NCBI GenBank assembly: GCA_034780895.1
Contig: JAUZTB010000071.1
Location: forward strand, 18,605,521-18,667,331
Reading direction: 5' to 3'
Length of the DNA stretch: 61,811 nt
Origin: Rhynchobatus australiae
Taxonomy: Eukaryota
The translations under genes were made by a program, and so were the position numbers. The notes under the pieces were generated by a model. It was not told where the DNA came from, did no database searches, and was given only the letters and a program-made list of their open reading frames with translations. This document shows, one piece after another, positions 24,031 to 36,785 of this stretch. The number at the start of each line of letters is the position of its first letter. The stretch's first letter is position 1.

Positions 24031-24854
24031 GTTCATATGTTAATACTGACCAAAAAATGGTCAAGTTGTCTACAGTATTGTGCTAGTTATGCGAATGTCA
24101 GTTTGGACAATGTGTTGGTGGATTGCCAACAACCGTGAATAACAATCAATGCCATCAGGATAAGGATAGGAGAAGGGAAACCTTTGAAGAGAGATGTTTA
24201 ACACTGTTGACCAAATTACCTATCAAAAATTATGAGTCATGCGGAAAGGCGAGTGCTTAAACTGAACAGATACATTGGAGAAATGAAGAATAATCATAAA
24301 ACAATTGANNNNNNNNNNGAGATCTAACTTAAATAATTCTCTTAATGGTTTACCATGTCAATAACTCAAAGATACATTTGGATACACCTGTTACATATCC
24401 AGTTGCTGCTACAATCTTAAAAGTTATTCAGCAAATTATCAACACCAGCTGTGAGTGATGGCTGTGTAGGAATAGTGAGAAAGGAAAATGTGGCGTACTT
24501 CTTTAGAAATAATTCCTACAAGTATCAGAAAAGCCACAGTTTTGGAATCTGCATTGGTTGATAGGATGATCAGTTTTCAGACACAATTTGGAGATCTATC
24601 AAATTATGTGCTTATTGTTTCTTTAATTATATAAGTTAACTNNNNNNNNNNNNNNNNNNNNNNNNNNNNNNNNNNNNNNNNNNNNNNNNNNNNNNNNNNN
24701 NNNNNNNNNNNNNNNNNNNNNNNNNNNNNNNNNNNNNNNNNAAGTTAACTCCAGCATTTCAGCTCCACCTCCCAACCACTCAGTCCGAGTTAACCTCCAG
24801 CTCTGGAAGTTAAAGAGCAAAGCTCTTATGGGTAACATTAGGATGTTGAAAATC

Positions 24855-25124
24855 AAAACAAAAACTTTAGATTCTGGAAATCTGAAATAAAAACAGTCTG
24901 GAAATCTGAAATAAAAACAGAAAATGTTCAAAACACTCAGCAGGTCTGGCAGCATCTGTGGATAGAGAAATGGAATTAGTATTTCAGGTCCAAGACCCTT
25001 TGTGAGTACTGGGCAGTTTTCCTGATTCTGATAAAGGCTCCTGGACCTGAAACATTAAGTCTATTTCTCTATCCACAGATGCTGCCTGACCTGCTGAGTG
25101 TTTCTAATATATTGTGTTTTTATT
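24855..25124. mobile_element. Palindromic Penelope-like-element end with two degenerate hammerhead motifs
   Basis: About 85-bp inverted arms (aacactcagcaggtctggcagcatctgtggatagagaaat / atttctctatccacagatgctgcctgacctgctgagtgtt), plus a 24-bp tandem duplication at 24873-24920. Confidence 0.85.
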
Positions 25125-25540
25125 GGCATAGGGATATTCTTCCAATACAAACGCTTTTGTTGTTTCTTTGCTTTTATATATCAACTACCTTTTTGAAAGT
25201 TAACGTGACTTATGACTCCCAAAAATTAACCATTTCAGAACAACCTGTGCATCCAAATCAAGACTTAATTTCAACTTTGATTTATCATGGTTCTCTATTA
25301 AATATCTTTTCCCTTTGTTTTAAATATGCAGGGCAATGAGAAAAGGTCATTGCAGAACCAAATTAATGCTTCCACAATTTTTTTTTCATGCTTCCACCAG
25401 TTAAACACACTGCATCAACAAACATCCTCCTTAGCTCATGTCTGACTTATTTGTCATCTCCTCCAGTTTCTGTTTGCCAATTTTTTCGCCACTGAAACAA
25501 CATTTCCCTACTTATTTTATGAAAAGTATTTAGGATTTCA

Positions 25541-25606
25541 AGGAATTTCATTGCACCCTGGTGCATTTGACAATAAACTAATCTGAACCTGAATCTGAAT
25601 CTGAAT
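25541..25606 (+). mobile_element. Short LINE 3' tail (Rex1/Babar-like) with (TCTGAA)n
   Basis: ggaatttcattgcaccctggtgcatttgacaataaactaatctgaacctgaatctgaatctgaa. Confidence 0.6.
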
Positions 25607-27424
25607 ACCTTTGTTAAATCGCTTTACTTTCTCTGCTCTCAGGAAAACAACCTGAGAGAAGTGAACAATCAGCTTCCTTAGTCTCTCCACATGACTGAAA
25701 AAAATAATTTAGGCAAATTCAAAACTTTCATTGTGATGTTGCCAATTCCTTATTTTAGATGCAACAGAAATTGTTTTGCAATAGATTTTCTGTGATGTAG
25801 AGTTACAGCAGAAACATAAATAACTGCCATGGATTTAATAGATGGGGTACAAAAGTTACACATCAAAAATCCTCTCTTGGCTTAAAAAATAGCATCCACA
25901 AAAACATTAGAGCACAGCTTTGATACAATATAATCTGTTGCTGTGATACAGAAAAACCATCGTCAAGGGCAACGAGATTCTAAAAATTGCCATCTCCACA
26001 ATATGAAGAGTATCCCTGACAACAGTCTCTGAGAAGATCATATTCATTCTGGGAAAAAAAGAACTCTAGCCCCACAGCCAGGAGGACATAACAACTATTA
26101 CAACATTGAGAAGAGGTTTAAAGCTTCTTAGATCTCTGGGACACTAGAACATGAGGACTGGTAAATGAATGAAATATCAAAGTCCATCTAATTCCCTTCT
26201 ATGATCTTAGTAACTATGAGATAACCTTAATGGAGTTTATCAGTCTCTGTGAATTAGTGAACAACATATCAAAGCAATATGCGCAAATTCACAGTGGTAG
26301 GAGATTTTAGGAGCAAAAGATCTAAAGTTAGATATTCTTGACAAACATGCCACAATCTCCACAAATACTGTTTCTCACATGACTCAGAAACCAGTCCTAA
26401 AATATGGTTTTGTGAAAGCAATTCTGTTTGATAAATGTAACATAAAATTCATCAACTATGTTTGTTCCATCACCCACCACCAAAGAACAGGAAAACACAT
26501 TGAAAAACATTTCTGTTGTGATGTTTATAAAACAAAATTATATTAAAGATCAACTCAGATATAAGACCAGATTGCTACTATTAGGGGTCCGCCAGCAGTT
26601 ACTGGTGGCATTTATATAATTTCCCTTTGGGAAGGCAGCAATCTGAAGGGGACTTTTGTTTACTTGTCTTCCAATCAGCATCTAATCAAACCAACAGGGA
26701 CCCCTGCAGTGGTGTAAAGCTCTCTGTAGAACTCAGTGTCCAGGTAGAACCTCCTGGTCCTTGCATTGGCNNNNNNNNNNNNNNNNNNNNNNNNNNNNNN
26801 NNNNNNNNNNNNNNNNNNNNNNNNNNNNNNNNNNNNNNNNNNNNNNNNNNNNNNNNNNNNNNNNNNNNNCAGATTACACTTACCATCAGTTTTGTTGCTT
26901 TCCATCACTTCATTTATCTGTTCTATGGAATCATTTCTCCTTCAGCAGCAGAGTGTGCATCACAGGAATGAATTAATTCACTCCACCATGTGCCAAGACT
27001 CTGGTTTTCTCGGGGTTACAACCCATATCAAGGCAACCCAACAAGTTCCATTAGCAGCCATTAAAGGCTGGTACTGGTAGCCCTGATGCCTCCCTATGGC
27101 AGAGTTCAAGACAACACTCTTGAAATGGTCATTGAAGCTTAATGGTGAGGACTTGGTGAGACTGTGGAGGAACCTCACCAGTTGTTAAGGCCATTCAGGG
27201 GCTAAGGTGGACAGATATGGTCAGAAGAGCCTCAATGACCAGCTGTAGGCTGGCCATCTATTGGGGATTGTGCTCAGGAACATGCTGGAAGAAACAGGGT
27301 TCTCCCAATGATGTAAAGCAACAAGCTCAGGGCAGTTCCTGGGTCTTCAGAAGATCCTGTCCTTAGTGACAACGTGGATATTAGTGGTTCATGAAATTTG
27401 CCCTTCATTACCACTTCAGTAAAA

Positions 27425-27482
27425 ATAAGAATCGGCAATAAATGCCAGGCTAACATTGCCCAAGTCCAAAGAATAAATTTTA
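27425..27482 (+). mobile_element. LINE/SINE 3' tail remnant
   Basis: ggcaataaatgccaggctaacattgcccaagtccaaagaataaat; same tail family as 1240-1300. Confidence 0.55.
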
Positions 27483-30400
27483 AAATATATATGCTTTGCA
27501 GTGATGGCAATGGAAATAAAATTTTTCACTGTACAGCACAACGAAGCAAAATCACAAAAGTGCTTTTAATATCCAGTCAATGATTCTTGTGAAGATACCT
27601 TAATTATTGCTGACTATGACGTGGCTGCTACTTATATTCAGTTCATATATGTGTATTTTTATCTTACTCCCTTTCACGGTGTGTACCCTATAATCATCTG
27701 GATTACAGCTGGAGCCACCCTGCTGATTCAACACTCTGTTTTGTACTTAGGAACATACTCAATATGCACCACTGAGCTTTAAATGTCCTTATTGAAAAAT
27801 AAAATTGGGCACATGGACACATTTTAGCATGTTTACATTGCAAAAGACGATAACATTGAGACATATCTTGCCTGGAATATCCACTGAAATCATAATGGAC
27901 AGCCTATGTTATATATATGAAATCTTGAGTGAAGATACTGATTTGCTGATTTGGAAAAAAAATAGAATGATGACAGCAACACATCTTGACTCTTTTCAGT
28001 GAACATCAATTGAGGAGCAAAAGTCACTGTCACTATGTTACTGGAAAACTTAGTTTAATTTGTCAAAGCCTTCAACATCTGCTTCTTCATCAGTTACTCC
28101 TTATGGAAGTATTATTTCATATAGGAATGGACCTCTCTGTTAATGCTAACTAAGTTAAAATGTTTTGCAGACTGGAATATCGTTCTTCAGTCACATGTTT
28201 TAAGTAGATTAATCGAATATATTATAGTACATTAATAATACAAAATTACTATATTAACTAGCTGACAGACGGTAGAAAACACAAAAGGGAAGTCTTGTAG
28301 CAATAAACATGGTGAAAAGTGATATATCAGCTTTTCTGTGTNNNNNNNNNNNNNNNNNNNNNNNNNNNNNNNNNNNNNNNNNNNNNNNNNNNNNNNNNNN
28401 NNNNNNNNNNNNNNNNNNNNNNNNNNNNNNNNNNNNNNNNNTTTGAGGAAGTTTTGTAGGCCGCTCTCTGTTTCCTCAGCAGTTCTAATACTCCAGCATA
28501 AAGGGGAATGCACAACAGCAAGGAACACTTAATATTTACAGACAGCAATACCAAATATCACTTCAGGCTACAGAATAAGTTGTTTTCCCTCACACACAGT
28601 TCTTCAAATCATCCTTGTTGTCTGCATCAATGTCAATGTGGATAGTGTAAACAAAATTTTGACCTGGGTGTCTAATCCCCTTGACTAACTATAGCATTAT
28701 GCTGCAGCATCAAGCAGATGATAAGCATCCATTAAGGGCTCCAGTCTTTCAGTCTAAAAACATGTTTCAGCCACAAAGATCCATCCTCTTGTGTTTTTTT
28801 TTGTATGGCATCTTGAGACTTTTTCCATTGCCAGAAGGCTTGAGGATAGCCTAAGGTGTGACCCAGATGTTTCTGTCTGGGTCACGCAGGGCAACAGGAA
28901 AAAGGCAAAAAATAGAGCAAGGAATTCAGGAGGTCATTTCTTGTACAGAAAATAGAACAACAACAACAACAAAAATCGTCCATGACCTACCCTGACACAA
29001 GAGAAATTTTACAGACGTCTGCTGCTGTACAGCTGGGCTAACTATCCAAACAGGTGCAACTTAAAAAACAAGGCTGGTGGGAAAGCCCGTACAAGATAAC
29101 TTGGTAAGAATAATAAGCAGAAGCTGTGGGGACAGAGCAGCAACAGTAACTGCATCCCACCCAATGAATGGAGTTTGCTATTTCTGTCTGGCCAGTTAAG
29201 AGGGCACCGAATTGAAGGACCTTTGTCTGGGTGGTGCATTCCACAAAATGACCATATGTCATCTAACTGCATGTTTTTCCTCTACTTTCACAATTACAGT
29301 TTTCTTTTATTACAGATGGCAGCTATCGCCGATTTCCAGAGAAGATTAATGTCACAGGTGGCATACCAAATGCATGTGTACAAAGTACAAAAGACTTTTC
29401 AGAATATATCAGNNNNNNNNNNNNNNNNNNNNNNNTTGACATGTAATTGTGGTCAGTTTTATCTGGAACATTCCAGTCAGATAAATTCTTGCTAAGCAAC
29501 CAGTGGGTTTGGTCTGTAAAGTAAAAGGAATGGGAAGGGAAAAGGGGAAGCAATTTCCTTGTCAGAAAGCAGGTTCAGGCTTTTGATAAAGTAGCTTCAA
29601 ATTTTAGCTAAGATAGTAATGTGGTGATTGACAGAAGATACTATAGGGGCAAATTAATGAGCATTGCATTGTATTTCCATCATTATGGAAAACCATCAGT
29701 TTACCCACACCCTCCACAAATGTTTTAACAAAATTAGTGAATAATTAATTATCAAATATTCGCCCTCCCTTTAAATATACTGTACAGGAGAATGAAGAAA
29801 ATCTAATCTATGCAATAAACAAAAACATTGTGAAGTTTTACTGAAGAGTTCTTATAGAATGGAACAAAAATAGAGATGGGCAAGACTTTTGAAAACTTTG
29901 GTAGCATATCAGTACTGAGGACAAAACAAACACAGATAAAGGGTGCAAAAGTAAAATGTTGTTTATTGCACCTGAAGATGGCTAGAAAAGTATTCTAAAA
30001 TTAAGACTGTCTTGCAATCTGCAGAAGAACAAACTATTGCTTTGCAATTCTAACATTTAACTAGTGCTAATTTTCTTAGAAACGTTTATTTCAGAAGAAT
30101 TCTCCTGGTCACTATATATATTGTCATCACAGTGTGCTCACAAAGATTTCTCCTGGCAAACATTTATGACAANNNNNNNNNNNNNNNNNNNNNNNNNNNN
30201 NNNNNNNGAAGAAATATTTCCAAACCTTTTACAGTGCATTCTGAGCATATACCAATTCTTTCTTTCAAAAGGCATGAATTTCAATAAGATTAAATTGGCA
30301 GAACATGACTAATATTCCTGGACATAATTAATGTTAGCAATCAAAGACAAATTTCCCTCACATGATATTTGTGTTGGAGCTAATTCAGATAAAAATACGA

Positions 30401-30639
30401 ATCCTAGTCAATCATCGGTGATATTGACTTCAAAATAACTGGCCATTATCAACCATCTAATGAAAGTTGATTAACCTGATTCTGTGTTAGCAGATCTCTG
30501 GCAGAGGCAATGGTGGTATCAGGATCTTATAACCCGGTATTATGTCTGGCTTCACTGTTGATCAGAGTGAGAAGGGTGAAAACTGCATCTCTGTCTTGAT
30601 TATTACTGAGTGAAGCCGCTGGAAAATGAAGACCTGTTG

Positions 30640-30830
30640 TAAGTCTCACACCATTCTAACTTGGAAATATATTTCTGGCCCTTCATCATTAATGGATTTG
30701 ATTCCTGAAATCCCTAACCCAACAGCACTATGAGAATACCTTCAGCAGAAGGACTGCTGTAATTAAAGATGGTTAACCAACACCTTTTCACAGGCAACTG
30801 GGGATGGGTAATAAATGCTGCCCTTGCCGA
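30640..30830 (+). mobile_element. CR1/L2-group LINE 3' end
   Basis: cacaccattctaacttggaaatatatt...cctaacccaacagcactatgag...ggactgctgtaattaaagatgg...gggatgggtaataaatgctgcccttgcc; same family as 905-1300. Confidence 0.7.
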
Positions 30831-30967
30831 TAAAAGGAGCAGTGCAGATCACACTTTGGCCTGGCTAACATGAGCTAACAAAATTTATCCCAGCTAAAAC
30901 CATCAACTTCAAGATACAACAGGAAAAATAAAGGAAATCTGAATAAAAATTATCAAGAAGTCATTCT

Positions 30968-31725
30968 CAGAATCAGGTTTATTATCACTGATTTAGATGA
31001 TGTGAAGTTTGTTGTTTTCTGGCAGCAGTACAGTGCAAATACATAAAATTACTACAAATTACAAAAATAAATAAATAGTGCAAAGAAAAGGAATAAGGTA
31101 GTGTTCATGGGTTCTTTGACTGTTCAGAAATCCGATGGTAGAGGGGAAGAAGCTGTTCTTGTCAGCGTTGAGCAAGAGCAAGCTCTCAGAGAACCCAAAT
31201 ACAGCACACCGATGCAAGACTGGAGTCAGGATACTTCCTCAGGACAAACACAGGCNNNNNNNNNNNNNNNNNNNNNNNNNNNNNNNNNNNNNNNNNNNNN
31301 NNNNNNNNNNNNNNNNNNNNNNNNNNNNNNNNNNNNNNNNNNNNNNNNNNNNNNNTCAGGTGTGTGTCATTATGCAAACAGTCCAGCATGGAATCCATGT
31401 GCTGGACAACAAGGCATTAAAGGAGCCAAATTGAGGGCCAGAACCATGACAGTTCTTGAATCATTGAGTGTGGGTCTTCAGGCTCCTGTACCTCCTCCCC
31501 GATAGTAGTAACAAGAAGAGGGCATGTCCCAGATGGTGAGAGTGATGGATGCTGCCTTCTTGAGGCACCGCTTCTTGAAGTTGTCCTCGTTGGTGGGGAG
31601 AGTTGTGCCCATGATGGAGCTGGCTGAGTTTACAACTGCCAGCAGCCTCTTGCGATCATGTGCATTGGAGCCTCCATATCAGGCTGTGATGCAACCAGTC
31701 TCCACCATACATCTATAGAAATTTG
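30968..31725 (-). mobile_element. Rex1/Babar LINE 3' fragment, split by a solo LTR
   Basis: Reverse complement of 43380-43856. The tail is agaatcaggtttattatcactga, and the element resumes after 31452 with tcattgagtgtgggtcttcaggctcct...atgatggagctggctgagt. Confidence 0.9.
31160..31451 (-). mobile_element. Solo LTR (Gypsy-like), gapped
   Basis: Termini TGTCA...TGACA (5-bp inverted, TG..CA) and a perfect 5-bp TSD GTTCT at 31155-31159 and 31452-31456. Removing it restores the Rex1 sequence gaagctgttcttgaa. Strand is inferred from resemblance to fish Gypsy LTRs (TGTCATGGTT...TTTGGGTTC...TGACA). Confidence 0.8.
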
Positions 31726-32461
31726 TAAGAGAAATTTCTTTGATGGAATTGAATCGAGCTCCCTAACATACTTACTTCAGTTGCAGTCAACGTCTCACCT
31801 TACTAATAACAAATTTCTCTTCCTTATAAATTATATGTTATGGTTTGTAAATTTTTGCTGATATATTTGGTTTTTAATGGTGATTTTGTACCTATGTACA
31901 AACATCTTGCACAGAGTAGAAGGTTAAGGTGTTTAAGAAATTATTATTCTGCTGCATTTCCAGTGATTTTTTAGGGTTTTACTTGGAGGTGTTACTCCCA
32001 TTGTCAAAAAGAACGATTAACTGTGATTTCTTTCAACTCTTCAGAGGCAGTGCACTTCCATTTCTTTTCTTCAGAGACTCTGTTTATTTTTTAATGGTGG
32101 TAATAAAAATGGCTGAAATTCTGGAATAAAGACAGAATATACCAGAAATTCAGTCATTCCATTGCAGGGTCACATTAGGAATGCTGATTTATCTTCTTTG
32201 CTCAATTGCTCATCAATTCCAAATAAAGCAAACGCTCATGATGAGCCTTTTTAATAGCCCAAGAGTAAGAAAACATTTGGCCCACCATACTTGTGCCTGT
32301 GTCACCTCTATCAAAGTGCTATCCTGCTTTTTATCCTATATCCATCAAAAAAATGTTTAAAGGTATAGAAAAAATTTTCATTTAAAAGTTCCTGTGAATC
32401 TGCTTTGCTTTCAATCAATGGATTAAAATCAAAAATCTTCATACAGTAGAAATTTAAAATG

Positions 32462-32625
32462 GGAAAAAAACAGAAAATGCTGGAAAAACTCGGCAGGTCA
32501 GGCAGCATTTGTGGAGAGAGAAAGAGGCAACATTTTGGATCTGCGACTCTTTGTTAGAGATTGGAAAGAGAGAGAGAATGCAAGTTAATTTTCAGTAGTT
32601 GGGGAAGGGATAAGCAGAACACAGG
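32462..32625 (-). mobile_element. Penelope-like-element end, degenerate
   Basis: aaacagaaaatgctggaaaaactcggcaggtcaggcagcatttgtggagagagaaa followed by a purine-rich tract. Confidence 0.75.
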
Positions 32626-32819
32626 TCTTTACTGCCATCAAAGATTGAGATGATTGACTACTTGACATTTTTTTCTCCACTTTTCCTTTATTCCTCTCTT
32701 TCTGAAGTTGGATGTTTTAGCTGGGATACATTTTGTATAACAAGCCTTCATTCAAGTTGGCTTGGTCAATGTGTGATGGTGATCCATACTACTCTGGTGA
32801 GCATCCCAACTTGATCCTT

Positions 32820-32940
32820 ATTCATTTTTGGCATCTGGGTATTGCTGGAAAGGCGAGCATTTATTGCCTAATCCTAATTGAAAAATTGGTGGTGAGCTGA
32901 CTTGTAGAATTGGGACTGTCCCTCTGGTGAAGATATTCTC
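32820..32940 (-). mobile_element. CR1/L2-group LINE 3' end
   Basis: ctgggtattgctggaaaggcgagcatttattgcctaatcctaattg...ggtggtgagctgacttgtagaa is the inverse of the 905-1300 family. Confidence 0.65.
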
Positions 32941-33132
32941 AGACAATCCAAATTTCTCTATCCCACCTCAGGTTTAAACCTTTGGTATCTTTGAAATACC
33001 AAAAAAAAGATGTATAAACATCGCGAAAGCTATTTAGAAATCAGTCCTGTCCTGAATAATGTTCTAAATGTATAACTTTGATTGCTCTTATTGTGTAAAT
33101 ATTTGGGAAGGACAGAATTTAAAAACAAGTCT

Positions 33133-33548
33133 GGTAACATTCCCACTTTTGTATCAGAATCGTGGATTCATGCCAACACCTCCAGAAAGTTGTGTACCTC
33201 TGTTGGTTTGACAATTCAATGCATTGCTTTGCAGGCATCATTTTTCAGATGAAACATTAAATTCCTTCCTGTTGCCTATTGGATGCAAATATTCCCATGA
33301 AGCCATTCAAAGGAAAACACTGGAGTTCTCCTGGTATCTTGGCCAATATTTACCCTCAGCCAATGCCAATAGGTGATTTAAAATTTTTATTTATCTTATT
33401 TCTGTTTGTGGAATCTTGCTGTATAAATTGGCTGCATGACTTGTCGGCATTGTAACAGTGACCGCACTTCAAAAATACTTCATTGGCTGTGAAGCATTTT
33501 GGGATGTCCTGAGGCCATAAAAGGCGCTGTATCAATGCAAATTCTTTA
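33133..33548 (+). mobile_element. Full-length DeuSINE (SacSINE1-like)
   Basis: Eroded tRNA-like head (ggtaacattcccacttttgtatcagaatcgtggattca), Deu-domain-like core (ggagttctcctggtatcttggccaatatttaccctcagcc; ctgtttgtggaatcttgctgtataaattggctgc) and an L2-type tail (tttgggatgtcctgaggccataaaaggcgctgtatcaatgcaa). Confidence 0.85.
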
Positions 33549-34126
33549 TGTAATCCAGAGACAAATCAGGCCCAGATAAACATGCAGATCCTCTGATGGA
33601 AATGAAATATGACACAACATTTGGTTAACACATGAAGCTCGTTGAAGCTGAATTGAATGGATCCTCTATTCATTCCAAATTACAATATGATTTTTTTTTA
33701 AATGAGGAAGTGAAATCAATTTAGAATGAGTAATATTTGCTCTATATATAGAAAAAATAGAACATTACAAATGCATAACAGCTCGCTCTTTGCTCAACCA
33801 CACAATTCTACATAATAGACAACTTTTCAAATATGGTAACATGTTGAACAAATTATATGTAGCATTTGATTAATAAGTACACATTAGTAGTTCCATACAC
33901 CCTTCCAATATCTTTATTCACAATCTCCTTCCCGACTAAATCAAATATTGCTTAAGTGGTAAACTACTTCTGAACTGAGAGACTTACTGTTAAATTTTAA
34001 AGATATCTTTAACACTAAGAACTTGGAGATTAATGACAAGACTAATGAAATTTCCCTTCTGGAAGAACAATTATTTAATTGAGGTGTGTAATTTTGTTAA
34101 CCAATATGTTGAAGTTTCTTATTCAT

Positions 34127-34177
<51 letters not shown>

Positions 34178-34208
34178 NNNNNNNNNNNNNNNNNNNNNNN
34201 NNNNNNNN

Positions 34209-34280
<72 letters not shown>
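34127..34280. repeat. (TCTA)n / (GATA)n tetranucleotide microsatellite spanning a gap
   Basis: Perfect TCTA units on both sides of an N run. Confidence 0.98.
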
Positions 34281-36600
34281 GTATACACACAGCATTGCTA
34301 ACAATTACATCAGCACAATAGCCTTTCTATTTATGCATAATAACCAGAACTCCCTTTCATGTCCACATGTGGCACTTTACTATAAAGTTGATGCTTTGCT
34401 TTTATGCTTTTCTTTTAAGTAATGTATCTTGTTAAGTCCTTTGAGTAATTGACAAAAGTTCACTCTTTCAGTGACAAATTGCCAGACTTAGTATTGTTCG
34501 AACTTGTCCTTCCCCATCAGATAATCAGATTGTGATATGACATTACAGAAGATATTAGTATGTGTTAGATTTGCTCACAAAATTGAGCTTATCTCAGTTT
34601 CCATTAACTACTCTCTACAAATATTATACAGTATACAGTATACAGCTACACTAACATTTATTTGTGATTTATACCAGTGAAATGGCTCATTAGCTGCTTG
34701 GGATGATTTAAAGAAGCCTCATTACAAGCACATTGTGATTGCTTTCTATTTTTCATTATTGGTAACAAAATCACATTCTCAGCAATCCCATCTCTATACT
34801 GCATACATTTATGATTTTGCTGAAAGATGGAAAATTACAATGACAAAATGTCTTTTGAAAAGAGAGAAACACTCAGCCCTCTGTAGCTTTATGAAAATGG
34901 CAATAATCATGGAAGATCTTATATTATTACTAACTCAGCAAGAAGCAAAACTGAAGCTCCATTGCAATTTGAATATATTGCCATCAACAGGAATTGCCTG
35001 CAACTTGTTTTATGTTCAGATTGACTCCCTTCAGTGTTGTATCTTCTCACTCATCGTAACATTTCTGAAGATTGGTACGGGCTTTTTCTTTGATGTGCGA
35101 TCTGCCATGGAGAAGGAAGAGACACTGTTGCTGAGTTTTATCCTCTTCTCACCCAGTATCTGCACATGGTCAATCTGCCCACAGTTACAGGTTGTTAACT
35201 CATACTCAAATGAAGGTTAGTGTACAGGACAGGGTGTTAGGGGAGAAAATTGATTGAGGAAAAAAGAGTCAGGAAGTTGGGTGTGAACATAAATAAAAGA
35301 TGTTTCATGAAATGACACATTCCAGATTAAAAAAAATTTGAATTGCACAATCCTTTGAACTCTCTCTCTCTCTGTATATTGGCACCATGTGGGAGATGAA
35401 TTCTGTTGTGCTTTATCCATAGAGAAAACAAAATCAAATCCAGACAATTTTATACATACCGAACAATATCGTGATCATGGTGAAGACAACTTCAGCACAT
35501 CTCCTTTCAGTCTCCTTACACAAATACATTTAAGTGTAAGTGTATTTTAAACTTACACATTGCGATGTTCATTCAGAGAAGAATTTTATGATCAAGGCAT
35601 TTGAAAAGGCAAAGCAGTGGCCAGCTGTGCACTAAGTTCTACAATTTCACAACAACGCATATGGTTTAATAATGAGAAGTTTATGTTACACAAAACTTAG
35701 GTCCTTCCAATCAGGGTTTTAAGCAACACTGGCACAGAAAACAATAAGAAGATATCTAATTTTTATTGTTTTAAAAGAAAAGAAACACAAATGGGAGCAG
35801 TTAGGAATGCTGAACTCTAATTCTCAGAATTCCTGTCCATCTTTGGCCTTTCCTAAATGCATAGATCATTAGAGATTGAACAAATTAATTTAAAAGATTA
35901 TTTAGAACATTGTCATGCATAGGTTTAACATATCTTTCTAGTGGTTGTATTATGGGATTGGACCAAATACCAATTTTATTTCAGGTTGATGTTAAAGTAG
36001 AAAGGAAAATGGGAGGATGGAGGGAGTGGGGATGAGTTGGCTGTGCCCAATCAGTTCTGTCAATTTATTGTTGGTTGGATTAAAGAACATTTACTTCCCA
36101 AAAGTCTCACCACAAGGATGCTGTCTTGAGTCAAGTTCTAATAATGGTATGAAAGTGCCTGTNNNNNNNNNNNNNNNNNNNNNNNNNNNNNNNNNNNNNN
36201 NNNNNNNNNNNNNNNNNNNNNNNNNNNNNNNNNNNNNNNNNNNNNNNNNNNNNNNNNNNNNNNNNNNNNNNNNNNNNNNNNNNNNNNNNNNNNNNNNNNN
36301 NNNNNNNNNNNNNNNNNNNNNNNNNNNNNNNNNNNNNNNNNNNNNNNNNNNNNNNNNNNNNNNNNNNNNNNNNNNNNNNNNNNNNNNNNNNNNNNNNNNN
36401 NNNNNNNNNNNNNNNNNNNNNNNNNNNNNNNNNNNNNNNNNNNNNNNNNNNNNNNNNNNNNNNNNNNNNNNNNNNNNNNNNNNNNNNNNNNNNNNNNNNN
36501 NNNNNNNNNNNNNNNNNNNNNNNNNNNNNNNNNNNNNNNNNNNNNNNNNNNNNNNNNNNNNNNNNNNNNNNNNNNNNNNNNNNNNNNNNNNNNNNNNNNN

Positions 36601-36785
36601 AAAATGCTGGAGGGACTCAGCAGATCAGGCAGCCCCTATAGAGGGGAATAAACAATTGACATGTCAGGTCAAGACCCTTCATCAGGACTGGAAAGGAAGA
36701 GGACAGAAGCCAGAATAAGAAGGTCGGGGAAGGGGGAGGAGCACATGCAGGCAGGTGACAGGTGAGTTCAGGTGATGGGGGAGAG
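36601..36785 (-). mobile_element. Penelope-like-element end with a hammerhead relic
   Basis: Minus strand CAGTC-CTGATGA-AGGGTCTTGACCT-GACA-TGTC-AATTG, with the family terminus running into the gap. Confidence 0.75.

Noticed and set aside
34033-34422. ORFs with SIYL repeats, and HT/CV-repeat ORFs at 5481 and 44281
   Set aside because: Translations of microsatellites.
34735-35220. 161-aa gap-free ORF
   Set aside because: It has a non-ATG start, no recognisable domain and a composition typical of AT-rich non-coding DNA.
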